Virus record (IMG/VR): IMGVR_UViG_3300037400_001528
Direction: 5' to 3' (one strand)
From: a virus
DNA: 36,565 bases
Positions 7,895-16,933 of the stretch are shown here, piece after piece. Position 1 is the stretch's first letter. Every line of letters begins with the position of its first letter. The notes under the pieces were generated by a model. It worked only from the letters and a program-made list of their open reading frames with translations, did not search any database and was not told the origin of the DNA. Both the position numbers and the translations under genes were made by a program.

Positions 7895-9155
7895 ATCAAA
7901 CACGATATTTGCAAAGAAATATAATAAACTCTTCCGCTGGATAATGAAGCACGAATACACCGAGTACACGCTGACAGGCGGCCGCGGTTCGTGCAAATCC
8001 TCGTTTATATCGCTATGTATAATTATCTTGATTGTGATGTTTCCGCAATTCAACGCGCTAATTATCCGCAAGAACGCAAACACCCTGCGCACCAGCGTAT
8101 ACGAGCAAATCATTTGGGCGATTGAACGGCTCGGACTACGCAGCCGCTTTAAAATCCCGAAATCAGAAACAAGCGCGCTGCCGATTGTATACCGCCGCAA
8201 GAACGGTACAAAGCAATACATAATCTTTCGGGGCTGCGACAATCCCGAGAAAATCAAATCTATCAAGATTGCACAGGGCTATTTTGGTTTGATTTGGTTT
8301 GAAGAAAAAACCGAGTTCACACCCGCAGAGATACAGAATGTTAAAGTATCAGCCATGCGCGGCGGCAGTAAGTTCTATGTATTTGAATCATACAACCCGC
8401 CAAGCGCAAAACGCCATTGGTGCAACACCGACGCACGCACACCGAAAAAAGACCGCGTCGTTTTTCACACCACATATTTAGACATACCGCGCGAATGGTT
8501 GGGCGAAGCGATACTTAACGAAATCGAACACACGAAGAACACGAACGAGCGGGCATACAGAAATATATTTTTAGGGGAAGCGACAGGAACAGGGCTTAAC
8601 ATATTTGAGAATGTGGAACTGCGGGAAATCACGGACGAAGAAATAGCGGCGTTTGATTTTTTCTACAGCGGCATAGACTGGGGATATTACCCCGACCCCT
8701 TCGCCTTTTCCACATCATCATACAACGCGGCGACACAGACGCTTTTTATTTTTGATGAAATGTATCTGAACAAGCGCGGCAATTTTGAAGCGTTCCAAGA
8801 CTTAACAAAGCACATGGAAGCGCACGGCATGAGCATTGCAACGGACAGAATCACAGCCGACAGCGCAGAGCCTAAGAGCGTGGCTGACTTTAGGAGCTGG
8901 GGCGGAAATGTGCGCGGCGCAATTAAGGGAATAGGAAGCCGTGACGCGTCGTTTAAATGGCTACAGGGATTAAAACGGATTGTAATAGACCCCGCGCGAT
9001 GTCCGAGAATCGCCGACGAGTTCACGCTATACGAGCACGAAATAGACAAGCGTACAGGCGAGACTCTTAGCGGCTACCCCGACGGACAGCCCGACCACGG
9101 AATAGACACGGTGCGATACGCGCTGGAAACGGTTTGGAGACATGCGGGCGAGTAA
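7884..9155 (+). CDS. terL: Terminase large subunit (PBSX/Terminase_3-like)
   Basis: Walker A motif TGGRGSCKSS, an FEE Walker B-like segment, and a C-terminal nuclease region ending DHGIDTVRYAL. Confidence 0.85.
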   Translation: MRIKSNTIFAKKYNKLFRWIMKHEYTEYTLTGGRGSCKSSFISLCIIILIVMFPQFNALIIRKNANTLRTSVYEQIIWAIERLGLRSRFKIPKSETSALPIVYRRKNGTKQYIIFRGCDNPEKIKSIKIAQGYFGLIWFEEKTEFTPAEIQNVKVSAMRGGSKFYVFESYNPPSAKRHWCNTDARTPKKDRVVFHTTYLDIPREWLGEAILNEIEHTKNTNERAYRNIFLGEATGTGLNIFENVELREITDEEIAAFDFFYSGIDWGYYPDPFAFSTSSYNAATQTLFIFDEMYLNKRGNFEAFQDLTKHMEAHGMSIATDRITADSAEPKSVADFRSWGGNVRGAIKGIGSRDASFKWLQGLKRIVIDPARCPRIADEFTLYEHEIDKRTGETLSGYPDGQPDHGIDTVRYALETVWRHAGE

Positions 9156-9164
9156 ATGACTATA
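9155..9164 (+). promoter_or_regulatory. Late motif AATGACTATA, copy upstream of portal
   Basis: Perfect 10-mer. The 16 nt between it and the ATG at 9181 contain a GAGGG RBS. Confidence 0.6.
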
Positions 9165-9180
9165 AGAGCGAGGGCATAAA

Positions 9181-10569
9181 ATGTTTGAGAAAATAAGGGG
9201 CTTTTTTATGAACATTCTAGGATTGTTTCACAATTATTCACTAAAGGAAATTACGGGCGTTGACACAAACCTTTCAAGCGAAATGTATAACGCTATTGAA
9301 TTGTGGTCGAACATGGCAAGCGGCAACGCGCCGTGGAACGGCAAAGCCCCACCATGCGGAGTATTGGAGCAGATAGCAGGGCGGCTTGATATGCTCGTTT
9401 CCCGCGAAATCGGGCTTGAAGTAAAAAACGAAGCGATTAAAAGCGCAATGGAACACATTAACAAGAATGTAGATAAGATTGTGGACTATATCGCGCTTAT
9501 TGGCGGGTGCATTGTACGCCCGATTTTCAGCAACAGCAAATTACAGTATGAAACATTACCGCTGGGAAACTATCTGCCTATTTCATACGATTTTGACGGA
9601 ACGCTTACAGGCGCATTGATTTTGAAGCAGATACAGAACGGCGCGAAAAAATGGCTATTGACCGAAAAGCACACCTACGAAAACAAAACGCACACGGTAG
9701 AATGTACGCTATACAGGAATGAGGGCGGCTCATTGCGTAAGACGGATTTAGGCGACTGCCAGCAGACCGCAGACATAACGCCGCTTTATGAGTGGGAAAA
9801 TGTAGCGTTTCCGATGATTATAGAATTCAGAAATCACGCAGTAAACAAGATTGACGGCTCAAACGTTCCCGTCCCGGTAATTGCGGGCGCGGAAGATTTG
9901 ATTAAGGATGCGGACGAACAGTTTGAGCGCATGAACTGGGAGCAGAAAGGCGGCGAAATGCGTGTATTTGCTGACCGTGATATGTTCGCAAAACGGCAGA
10001 AAAGGAACGGCGAAGCGACAGGCGTAAAAATGACACCCGAACTAAACCGTCTTTTAGTACAGGTCGAGGGCGACGGAAGCACCGAGGGAAAGAAGATCAC
10101 CGAACACGCACCGACACTACGGACAGCCGCACAAAATGAAATGTTCCAGCAGATACTGCGCCGCATTGAATTGACTTGCAACTTAGGCAAGGGAACAATC
10201 AGCGACATGGAGAGCGTACAGCAGACCGCGACACAGTACAGCGGCGGACGAAGCGAACTTTACGCAATCGTTGACAAAATCGAGGACGAAATAGAAACCA
10301 AATACCACCACACGGCGGCAGTATTGGCGCACATGGCGGCAGCTTACGGAATCGGCGCGAACAACGCAAACATAAAAGTCACATGGAACAACGACGCGAC
10401 CCGCAAAGACGAAACGGCGGCTAAACAAATGGCATTGCAGGAAATCAGCGCAGGCGTAAAAAACAAATGGGAATACCGAAAAGACTTCTACGGCGAGGAC
10501 GAAGCACAGGCAAAGGCAAACGCGCCAGTAGAACCAACATCCGCAGACCCTTATAATTTTGGAGCGTAG
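9181..10569 (+). CDS. Portal protein (SPP1 gp6-like)
   Basis: 462 aa directly after terL and before the MuF-like gene. Confidence 0.75.
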   Translation: MFEKIRGFFMNILGLFHNYSLKEITGVDTNLSSEMYNAIELWSNMASGNAPWNGKAPPCGVLEQIAGRLDMLVSREIGLEVKNEAIKSAMEHINKNVDKIVDYIALIGGCIVRPIFSNSKLQYETLPLGNYLPISYDFDGTLTGALILKQIQNGAKKWLLTEKHTYENKTHTVECTLYRNEGGSLRKTDLGDCQQTADITPLYEWENVAFPMIIEFRNHAVNKIDGSNVPVPVIAGAEDLIKDADEQFERMNWEQKGGEMRVFADRDMFAKRQKRNGEATGVKMTPELNRLLVQVEGDGSTEGKKITEHAPTLRTAAQNEMFQQILRRIELTCNLGKGTISDMESVQQTATQYSGGRSELYAIVDKIEDEIETKYHHTAAVLAHMAAAYGIGANNANIKVTWNNDATRKDETAAKQMALQEISAGVKNKWEYRKDFYGEDEAQAKANAPVEPTSADPYNFGA

Positions 10570-10572
10570 AAA

Positions 10573-10713
10573 ATGGCAAGAATGAACAAACAGAAAAAGG
10601 AAATCACAAAGAATGACCGCGCCGTATTGGACGGCTTGCGCCATGCTATCAATCATTACCCATTGCGCCGCCGCATTGTATTGGCATGGCGAGTTTTGCG
10701 GGGCAAGTTCTAA
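10573..10713 (+). CDS. Small basic hypothetical protein (46 aa)
   Basis: Hand-translated: MARMNKQKKEITKNDRAVLDGLRHAINHYPLRRRIVLAWRVLRGKF. It exactly fills the gap between portal and MuF, and its TAAATG junction abuts the next start. Confidence 0.4.
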   Translation: MARMNKQKKEITKNDRAVLDGLRHAINHYPLRRRIVLAWRVLRGKF

Positions 10714-12552
10714 ATGCTATCCCCGCGATATTTGGATGGCTTATCCTATGCACTAATTGAAATCTACTCACAGCTAGAAGCCGACATATTACAGGATATG
10801 GCGCGACGATTGGCACGAATCGGCAAAGTAACGGACGCTACAAAATGGCAAGCGCAGATGTTAGCCGAAGCGGGCGGGCTTAAAAAGAACATCGGGCGGA
10901 TTTTGGCAAAATATGACAAGGCAATAGTGAAGCAGATTAAAGACACATTCACGGACGCGCTGGAAACAAACACGAGGAACGACAACCGTATATTTAAGGC
11001 GGCGACAGGTCGCACCGTTTCCGCGCCGAACGCCCAGCAAATGCTTTCAACAATTCAAAAATGTCACAGCGATTTATCACGGCTCACGCTTACCACGGCG
11101 GCAACGACAGAAACACAGTTCGTGCAACAGGCTAACCGCGTATATATGCAAACACAGTCGGGCGCGTTCGATTATGATACCGCAATGAAAAACGCGGCGG
11201 ACGAACTAAGCAAGCGCGGAATAACTACGGTTCACTACGAGAACGGGCGACCCGTTACCCGCTCCATAGAATCAGCCGTCCGCATGAACATACTAACCAG
11301 CATAAACCAAACGGCGGCAAATCAGACTTTGAGCAACGCGGAAGAATTGGGCGTTGAGAAATTCGAGGTAACGGCGCACATCGGAGCGCGACCCGAACAT
11401 GAAGCGTGGCAGGGCAAAATCTACACGAAAGAAGAATTGTACAGCAAGTGCGGGCTTGGCGATGTTACGGGATTATGCGGCATAAACTGCCGCCATTCGT
11501 TCTACCCCTATTTTGAGGGAATGGAAGAGCATTACACGCAGGACGATTTAGACGATATGGCAAGCGAGAAAGTGAACTTCAACGGGCTGGAAATGACACG
11601 CTACGAGGGCGAGCAGAAACTGCGCGGAATCGAGCGGAACATAAGGCACTACAAGCGCGAAGCACTGACGCAGGAAGCGGCGGGCGTGGACAATACGAAA
11701 GCACGGCGGAAGCTCGGCGAATGGCAAGCGGCGGCACGTGATTTTACCAAGCAAACAGGCATAGCCCGCGACAGCGCGAGGGAGTATGTAGGAACGAGCG
11801 GAAAGCAGCCGACAGGATTAAAGCCACAAAAGAATATTGTAATTGAACCGAACAAAATAAAAACTGAATACAACAACATTCTTAAAAAGTATAACGGCGA
11901 CACAAACGCGGTTATAAAAAAGGCTACGAAATCGGAATTAAACACCGTAAAGGCATACAACCAAATTATAAATGACCAAAAGAGCGAGGATTATATAAAA
12001 TTATTCAACGCCCAAACGGTAGACACAAACGCATTAACTGAAACGCTACAAAAAACAACAAATGTAGAACAGCGAGACGCTTTCAGAGAATGGACGAGTT
12101 CAGCATATCGCCCTATAAATGCGTATTACAGGAACGGAACTCCGACAGACGCAGGATATAAAAAGACAGGGGAAATAATACATGATTACCTCAATAAGTG
12201 CGAATATCCCGAAATGTATGTAAGGCGCGGGGCTGATTATGAGTATGTGACAAAGATATTTGGCTCGGACGAATGGAAAAAGAATCCGCAATTATTGCTT
12301 CATTCGGAACTGACGGACAAGGGCTTTCTTGCCACAACGCCATCAAAAACGGGTGGCTTCAGCGGCGAAGTAATGTTATATTATAAAGTTCCCGATAAAT
12401 CAAAAGCTGCATATATCGCAAGTTTGTCATACTACGGACATGAGCAAGAAACTTTGTTTATTGACAATACAAAAGCAATAATCAAAGAAATCAGAGTGGA
12501 AACACTGGGCGGACATACCCGCTATACTTTATTTTTGGATATGGAGAAATAA
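10714..12552 (+). CDS. MuF / SPP1 gp7-like head morphogenesis protein fused to a C-terminal ADP-ribosyltransferase toxin domain
   Basis: MuF core: GARPEHEAWQGKIY...CGINCRHSFYPY. C-terminal R-S-E ART signature: SSAYRPINAYYRNG, MYVRRG (Arg), GFLATTPS (STS-like), GHEQETLF (ExE). Confidence 0.7.
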   Translation: MLSPRYLDGLSYALIEIYSQLEADILQDMARRLARIGKVTDATKWQAQMLAEAGGLKKNIGRILAKYDKAIVKQIKDTFTDALETNTRNDNRIFKAATGRTVSAPNAQQMLSTIQKCHSDLSRLTLTTAATTETQFVQQANRVYMQTQSGAFDYDTAMKNAADELSKRGITTVHYENGRPVTRSIESAVRMNILTSINQTAANQTLSNAEELGVEKFEVTAHIGARPEHEAWQGKIYTKEELYSKCGLGDVTGLCGINCRHSFYPYFEGMEEHYTQDDLDDMASEKVNFNGLEMTRYEGEQKLRGIERNIRHYKREALTQEAAGVDNTKARRKLGEWQAAARDFTKQTGIARDSAREYVGTSGKQPTGLKPQKNIVIEPNKIKTEYNNILKKYNGDTNAVIKKATKSELNTVKAYNQIINDQKSEDYIKLFNAQTVDTNALTETLQKTTNVEQRDAFREWTSSAYRPINAYYRNGTPTDAGYKKTGEIIHDYLNKCEYPEMYVRRGADYEYVTKIFGSDEWKKNPQLLLHSELTDKGFLATTPSKTGGFSGEVMLYYKVPDKSKAAYIASLSYYGHEQETLFIDNTKAIIKEIRVETLGGHTRYTLFLDMEK

Positions 12553-12554
12553 GA

Positions 12555-12746
12555 GTGAGCGATAAGTTTGTTTATACATCGGACGACGCGGCGGGGTGTA
12601 TTCTTAAACGCCCTAATTATGAGCAGTGCAAAGATTGCGTTTACAACTACGACGAAGAGCCGTTCCATTGTTTGATTTTCGAGGATTTTAAGCCAGCCGC
12701 CATATTATACGACGGGAAGAAATGCAAAGACAAAAGAACCGACTAA
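12555..12746 (+). CDS. Small protein immediately downstream of MuF-ART (candidate immunity or antidote protein)
   Basis: 63 aa with a GTG start and GGAG 8 nt upstream, only 2 nt after the toxin stop. Acidic and Cys-containing. The function is inferred from position only. Confidence 0.4.
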   Translation: MSDKFVYTSDDAAGCILKRPNYEQCKDCVYNYDEEPFHCLIFEDFKPAAILYDGKKCKDKRTD

Positions 12747-12893
12747 AAACACCCTACAGCCGAACGACAGCCAAACTTAAAACTACTTTCTAGCATAATT
12801 CGGAAAATTACCCACTGACACGAAAAAAACAGGCTTAAAACTTCATTTTTCAGAAACCAGCCCTGCACCATTGCGGGGCTTTCATTTTGCCCA

Positions 12894-12903
12894 AATGACT
12901 ATA
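12894..12903 (+). promoter_or_regulatory. Late motif AATGACTATA, copy upstream of the endolysin
   Basis: Perfect 10-mer, with 17 nt containing an AGAGGG RBS before the ATG at 12921. A hairpin plus T-rich tract (about 12860-12890) precedes it. Confidence 0.6.
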
Positions 12904-12920
12904 AGGGCAGAGGGCAAGAA

Positions 12921-13514
12921 ATGATAATTACTCAAAAACTATTAACACCAAACAGCTACAGCCGACCGCAAAGGCGCATGAAGGAACTCCTCGGCATTGT
13001 AATTCATTGGACGGCGAACCCATACGCAAACGCGGAACAGGTCAGGCTTTATTTTGAAGCAAAGCAAACAGGAATGGGCGGCTACGGCTCGGCTCATTAC
13101 ATCATCGGGCAGGACGGCACAACAATTCAGTGCATACCCACAAATGAAGTTGCATGGCATTGCGGGAGCAGCCAGAAAGACCCGGCAAGCGGACAGGTCT
13201 ACACCGACTACGCAAGGAAAAAGTTCGGACACTATGCCGTGAACTGGCAGACCACCAGCCCGAACTATTGTACAATCGGGATTGAGCTTTGTCCGACAGA
13301 CAACAGCGGCAATTTTTCAGAAAAAACGATAAACGCCGCCATTGATTTATGCACCTACCTATGCAAGCGGCACAACCTCACGGCGGACGACATCACGACA
13401 CATCACGACATCGTAGGATGGAAAGACTGCCCGCGCCTATGGACGAAACGCCCGGAACTTTTAGGAGCTTTCCGCGCAAGCGTAAAAGACGCAATCGCGA
13501 GGTGGAAAGAATAA
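12921..13514 (+). CDS. N-acetylmuramoyl-L-alanine amidase (Amidase_2/PGRP-type endolysin)
   Basis: IVIHWTANPYANAEQVRLYF...SAHYIIGQDGT...VAWHCGS...TIGIELC...ITTHHDIVGWKDCP are typical amidase_2 zinc-ligand and catalytic segments. Confidence 0.85.
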   Translation: MIITQKLLTPNSYSRPQRRMKELLGIVIHWTANPYANAEQVRLYFEAKQTGMGGYGSAHYIIGQDGTTIQCIPTNEVAWHCGSSQKDPASGQVYTDYARKKFGHYAVNWQTTSPNYCTIGIELCPTDNSGNFSEKTINAAIDLCTYLCKRHNLTADDITTHHDIVGWKDCPRLWTKRPELLGAFRASVKDAIARWKE

Positions 13515-14005
13515 TGTGGGAAACAATCGGGCAAGTATTGACCAGCGGGAACGCTTGGCAGGTGATTATTTTTCTGGCCGTAATCGTGGTTTTTGCAATC
13601 ATTCTTGCAAGAAGCGGCACGGTCGCAATCAAGACAAAGCACCTGCGAATTGGACAGGCTGAAAAAGAGCGGGAAATCATACGCCGACAGGTAGAAGCCG
13701 CACACGATTTTATTATGAGCATTGAGGGCAAAATTCCCGAAAAGCCCGAATACGGCGGATATTTCACAAAGTACATACTGGAACGCGTTTACGACAAGGT
13801 GATTGAATGGGTAATGTTCAACCACATCACGGATGCGCCCATGTATGTACAGGATAAACAGGCTACAATATGCAATTTGGTCTACACATTCAGCATAAGC
13901 GAGGAATACAAGACCCCAGAGTTTAAAACCCGGATGTGCAACTGGACGGCGGAACTAATAGCGCGGCTCGTAAAGACCCGCCAATTATACACAAAGGAGA
14001 ATTAA
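13514..14005 (+). CDS. Membrane-anchored protein in the lysis cassette (one N-terminal TM helix)
   Basis: The ATG overlaps the amidase stop (TAATG). MWETIGQVLTSGNAWQVIIFLAVIVVFAIILARSG. The upstream 55 codons of the track ORF (13349-) overlap the amidase gene and are discarded. Confidence 0.6.
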   Translation: MWETIGQVLTSGNAWQVIIFLAVIVVFAIILARSGTVAIKTKHLRIGQAEKEREIIRRQVEAAHDFIMSIEGKIPEKPEYGGYFTKYILERVYDKVIEWVMFNHITDAPMYVQDKQATICNLVYTFSISEEYKTPEFKTRMCNWTAELIARLVKTRQLYTKEN

Positions 14006-14009
14006 GCGT

Positions 14010-14255
14010 ATGAGCGAGGAAAAGACGTCGGAAACGCAGGAAGAAAAAAAAGGAATCACGGCTAAAACAATCAGCAAGATTTTCAAGTTCACGGCGGCGG
14101 GGGGCGTTATCGTCTGCGCCGTCTTGAAATGGGCGGGAATCCTCCCGAACGCAAGCGCGGGCGAAATCTGCATGATTTGGGCGGCGGTCTATGGAATCGG
14201 CGCGGGAACAATCGACTTGAATATCATGTTTGACAAGTTCACGGGGGCAAAATGA
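14010..14255 (+). CDS. Holin-like protein (two TM helices)
   Basis: 81 aa with a charged N-terminus followed by two hydrophobic helices (FKFTAAGGVIVCAVLKWAGIL and ICMIWAAVYGIGAGTI). Confidence 0.55.
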   Translation: MSEEKTSETQEEKKGITAKTISKIFKFTAAGGVIVCAVLKWAGILPNASAGEICMIWAAVYGIGAGTIDLNIMFDKFTGAK

Positions 14256-14521
14256 CGGTAACGGGCTGGATAATTGCGGGGCTTGCGCTTGCTCTGGTCG
14301 CTACATTGGGAATCGGAGCGGCCGCATTTTACATAATGCGCAAACGACATGAGCGGGAAGAAAACAAAATAAGACAAGAGGGGGCGGCAAATGCACAGCA
14401 TACGGCGGACATCATCACCAAAGCGGAGCAAATCAAGATTGACGCAGACACTGGCAATCATTCTGATGATTTGCACACTATGGCTGACCAGCTGCACAAC
14501 TACGCGCACGGCGGAAAGTAA
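14252..14521 (+). CDS. i-spanin-like protein (N-terminal TM helix plus a charged helical domain)
   Basis: MTVTGWIIAGLALALVATLGIGAAAFYIM is followed by a charged helical region. A lipoprotein ORF overlaps its 3' end in another frame. Confidence 0.4.
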   Translation: MTVTGWIIAGLALALVATLGIGAAAFYIMRKRHEREENKIRQEGAANAQHTADIITKAEQIKIDADTGNHSDDLHTMADQLHNYAHGGK

Positions 14522-14705
14522 GCCCGCCCCGCAATACTACCCGCCCGACCCTTACGACAAGAACGGCGTTTTAGTATGGGCGGAAATAAAGGACGGGGAA
14601 ACGTTCACGGCGACCGAGGACGGTTTGTTTCTGCCGTTTTGGTGGTGGAAAAAAGTTTATGATTACATCGTGAACACACAGGCGGCGCAGAAAATCCGCG
14701 AATGA
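14391..14705 (+). CDS. o-spanin-like lipoprotein overlapping the i-spanin-like gene
   Basis: Signal peptide with lipobox (LAIILMICTLWLTS-C) and a Pro-rich mature part (KPAPQYYPPDPYD). GAGGGGG RBS upstream. Overlaps 14252-14521 by 131 nt out of frame, as in the Rz/Rz1 arrangement. Confidence 0.4.
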   Translation: MHSIRRTSSPKRSKSRLTQTLAIILMICTLWLTSCTTTRTAESKPAPQYYPPDPYDKNGVLVWAEIKDGETFTATEDGLFLPFWWWKKVYDYIVNTQAAQKIRE

Positions 14706-14710
14706 CTATA
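14701..14710 (+). promoter_or_regulatory. Late motif AATGACTATA, copy upstream of the small membrane protein gene
   Basis: Perfect 10-mer followed by TAGGCGGAGG (RBS), then the ATG at 14728. Confidence 0.6.
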
Positions 14711-14727
14711 TAGGCGGAGGTTAAGAA

Positions 14728-14901
14728 ATGAGCAAAAAAACATTCGCACTTATTACGGGAATCACGGGCGGAACGGGAACAATCGCCGCCGCCGTTGTTT
14801 CGTTCTTTCAGCCAGCCCACACCGCCGCAATCGTGGCGGCCATCGGGATTGCTGTTACAGCGGCAAACGAAATATGCGGGCTGTTCGTAAAAGAGAAATA
14901 A
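14728..14901 (+). CDS. Small hydrophobic membrane protein (57 aa, below the ORF-track cutoff)
   Basis: Hand-translated: MSKKTFALITGITGGTGTIAAAVVSFFQPAHTAAIVAAIGIAVTAANEICGLFVKEK. GGAGG RBS upstream and a terminator downstream. Confidence 0.55.
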   Translation: MSKKTFALITGITGGTGTIAAAVVSFFQPAHTAAIVAAIGIAVTAANEICGLFVKEK

Positions 14902-14925
14902 TCGCAGGGCTGGCAATGCGATTTT

Positions 14926-14960
14926 AAGGCGGCTATGATTAGGTGTTAGCCGCCTTTTTT
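14926..14960 (+). terminator. Rho-independent terminator ending the lysis cassette
   Basis: aaggcggcta (14926-14935) pairs perfectly with tagccgcctt (14947-14956), followed by a T run. Confidence 0.75.
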
Positions 14961-14976
14961 AAGGATTATAATAAGC

Positions 14977-15141
14977 ATGAGAATAATATCTGACGAATTA
15001 CACGCAAGGATTATTAAAGAACTTGCAAAAAATGAGTCCGTGGCAGTTTTTCAGCAACTTCTTTTAGCACCAAAGACAGACGAAAAGGACGAAGAAGCCT
15101 CACGGGAAAGCGAAGAGCCGCGGCAAGGAGTTGAAAAGTGA
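14977..15141 (+). CDS. Small acidic hypothetical protein (54 aa)
   Basis: Hand-translated: MRIISDELHARIIKELAKNESVAVFQQLLLAPKTDEKDEEASRESEEPRQGVEK. A TATAAT box lies just upstream, and the stop overlaps the next GTG start (GTGA). Confidence 0.4.
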   Translation: MRIISDELHARIIKELAKNESVAVFQQLLLAPKTDEKDEEASRESEEPRQGVEK

Positions 15142-15491
15142 ACTATGGACGGGTAACACCCCGCGCAAGGCAGGGAACAACAGGAATCAGCGTTGAAGAA
15201 GATTTACACGCAAACGAGGGTGCGTGGATAAGCCCGCCCGACAGAGTGGCAGCCGTTACCGTTGCCGTGCATATTCCCGCTAATGAATCCGCAACTTTCG
15301 TAATTGAAACATCATGCAACAGAGCGGACACAATCGGCGAAAACGGCACGGGCGGCTATTGGGACAACCCGTTTGGCGACGGCGTTATTTTGTCGGAAAA
15401 CACGGTCGTTATGATTGCAAACGCCGTGACTGGAATCCGCGTCCGTTGTATCACCGCAAGCGATACCATTAACGTATGCTTTGTGGGGTGA
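15138..15491 (+). CDS. Hypothetical beta-rich structural protein (fibre region)
   Basis: 117 aa with a GTG start, in an operon with the fibre-like genes. Confidence 0.5.
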   Translation: MNYGRVTPRARQGTTGISVEEDLHANEGAWISPPDRVAAVTVAVHIPANESATFVIETSCNRADTIGENGTGGYWDNPFGDGVILSENTVVMIANAVTGIRVRCITASDTINVCFVG

Positions 15492-15494
15492 CGT

Positions 15495-15938
15495 ATGTAT
15501 TACGGATTGCTAATGCCCATCCCGTACCCGGGCGGCGTGTATTTGCGGAGCATACAGCAAACGCAAACATCAGCGGAATCGGGCGGAACAAACGAAATCA
15601 CGGCCACGCTCACCAACGCCCAAAAGAGCAAATTCTACATCAAGAACGGAGCGAAGGGAGACACAGGAGCGGCGGCGGGCTTCGGCACTGTCACGGCGGA
15701 GGCTGAAATTCTTAACATGGGGGAAGACCCCACCGTCAACGTTTCCGTTTCCGGCGACGACACACAAAAAAACATGGCCTTTACCTTCGGCTTGCCCGCC
15801 GGAGCGGTTGCCGAAGCGTCCGGCGTATTTGGTTTTTACATCGACAACACTACGGGCGACCTTATGCTTTCCTACAGTGGAAACGAAGCACCGAATTTCA
15901 CGGTAAACAGCGACGGCGAATTGATATACACATACTAG
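15495..15938 (+). CDS. Tail-fibre-like protein with a short collagen-like segment
   Basis: 147 aa containing GAKGDTGAAAGFG. Directly upstream of the DGR target gene. Confidence 0.5.
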   Translation: MYYGLLMPIPYPGGVYLRSIQQTQTSAESGGTNEITATLTNAQKSKFYIKNGAKGDTGAAAGFGTVTAEAEILNMGEDPTVNVSVSGDDTQKNMAFTFGLPAGAVAEASGVFGFYIDNTTGDLMLSYSGNEAPNFTVNSDGELIYTY

Positions 15939-15948
15939 GAGAAAAAAA

Positions 15949-16929
15949 ATGGGAACGGTAAACTTTGGACAAGTCGCGGCTCTAATTCAGAGCGTGAGCG
16001 CAGAAGCATTGGCAGAAGGAGCAACCCCAACCGTAAGAAATGCAGGAACAAAAGCAAACGCGCAGTTAGTTTTTGGTATTCCCGTAGCTACGGCATTGAG
16101 CCACAATATTCCGCGTTTAGTGCCTAAAGATATTACATCATACATCACCGACGGCACATTTTGGAAGCGTTTAGCTGGCACAAACGGCTTCGCGCTTTTT
16201 GAAGATATTTATGTCGGCGATTATTTCCAAATGTCCCGCGCAATTTCCGCATACGAGCGCACAGGGGAGTATCAAACTACAGGCTCGCAGTATGTAACCA
16301 TTGCGGGGCTTGATACCATGATGAACAACGGCGACCAAGACAGCGGAATTACATATCATCATGCCGTAATGGTTGCAGGGCAAGGGTTCGGCGGCACACA
16401 ACACTTCGGACGGAGCCGCATGAACGCGACAAACGACACAACGGGCGGCTATAAAGCAAGCGAAATGAATACGCTTGTTTTGGGCGATGTAGTAAGCGCG
16501 GGAAGCACAGCAGCCGACGCGACAATTAACCAGCAGCTCTACGCAGAGTTTGGAGTTCATTTGAAAACCACCCGCGAGCTGGTAACAAACGCAATCAACG
16601 CCACAGGCTACAACAGATTTGGAAGCGCGACAGGTTGTGCAAGTAACTGGGAATGGATAAGCGCACAGGCTATTTTAATGAGCGAGGTCGAAGCCTACGG
16701 CTCTATAGCTTGGAGCAGTTCGGGCTATGACACAGGAAACGCAAACCGACAGTTGCCGCTTTTTGCATTTAGCAAACAGGCACAAAATAACCGTTCGGCT
16801 TATTGGTGGCTAAAAGATGTTGCGTCCGCCGCTGATTTCTGCGGTGCCGACGCCGATGGCGGTAGCAGCTGCCACTACGCGGGCCATGCGAGATATTACG
16901 TTCGTCCCCGCTTCATCTTAGGGGCATAG
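15949..16929 (+). CDS. DGR target protein 1 (fibre/receptor-binding candidate with a C-terminal CLec-type variable region)
   Basis: 326 aa. The C-terminus YWWLKDVASAADFCGADADGGSSCHYAGHARYYVRPRF is encoded by VR1, which matches the TR except at adenines. Confidence 0.85.
   Translation: MGTVNFGQVAALIQSVSAEALAEGATPTVRNAGTKANAQLVFGIPVATALSHNIPRLVPKDITSYITDGTFWKRLAGTNGFALFEDIYVGDYFQMSRAISAYERTGEYQTTGSQYVTIAGLDTMMNNGDQDSGITYHHAVMVAGQGFGGTQHFGRSRMNATNDTTGGYKASEMNTLVLGDVVSAGSTAADATINQQLYAEFGVHLKTTRELVTNAINATGYNRFGSATGCASNWEWISAQAILMSEVEAYGSIAWSSSGYDTGNANRQLPLFAFSKQAQNNRSAYWWLKDVASAADFCGADADGGSSCHYAGHARYYVRPRFILGA
16818..16913 (+). repeat. DGR variable repeat VR1
   Basis: Ungapped 96-nt alignment to TR 17561-17656. 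There are 20 mismatches, 19 of them at TR adenines (13 A->G, 4 A->C, 2 A->T) and one C->A. Confidence 0.9.
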
Positions 16930-16933
16930 CCCC
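16921..16933 (+). promoter_or_regulatory. GC hairpin 8 nt downstream of VR1 (candidate DGR target-recognition hairpin)
   Basis: ggggc-ata-gcccc. A second hairpin, ccgccc-cgtgt-gggcgg, lies at 16949-16965. Confidence 0.45.

Noticed and set aside
13349-13513. N-terminal 55 codons of track ORF 13349-14005, plus ORF 13054-13242, overlapping the amidase gene
   Set aside because: They lie out of frame inside a strongly supported amidase CDS and are Arg/His/Pro-rich frame artefacts. The real gene starts at the ATG at 13514, which overlaps the amidase stop.
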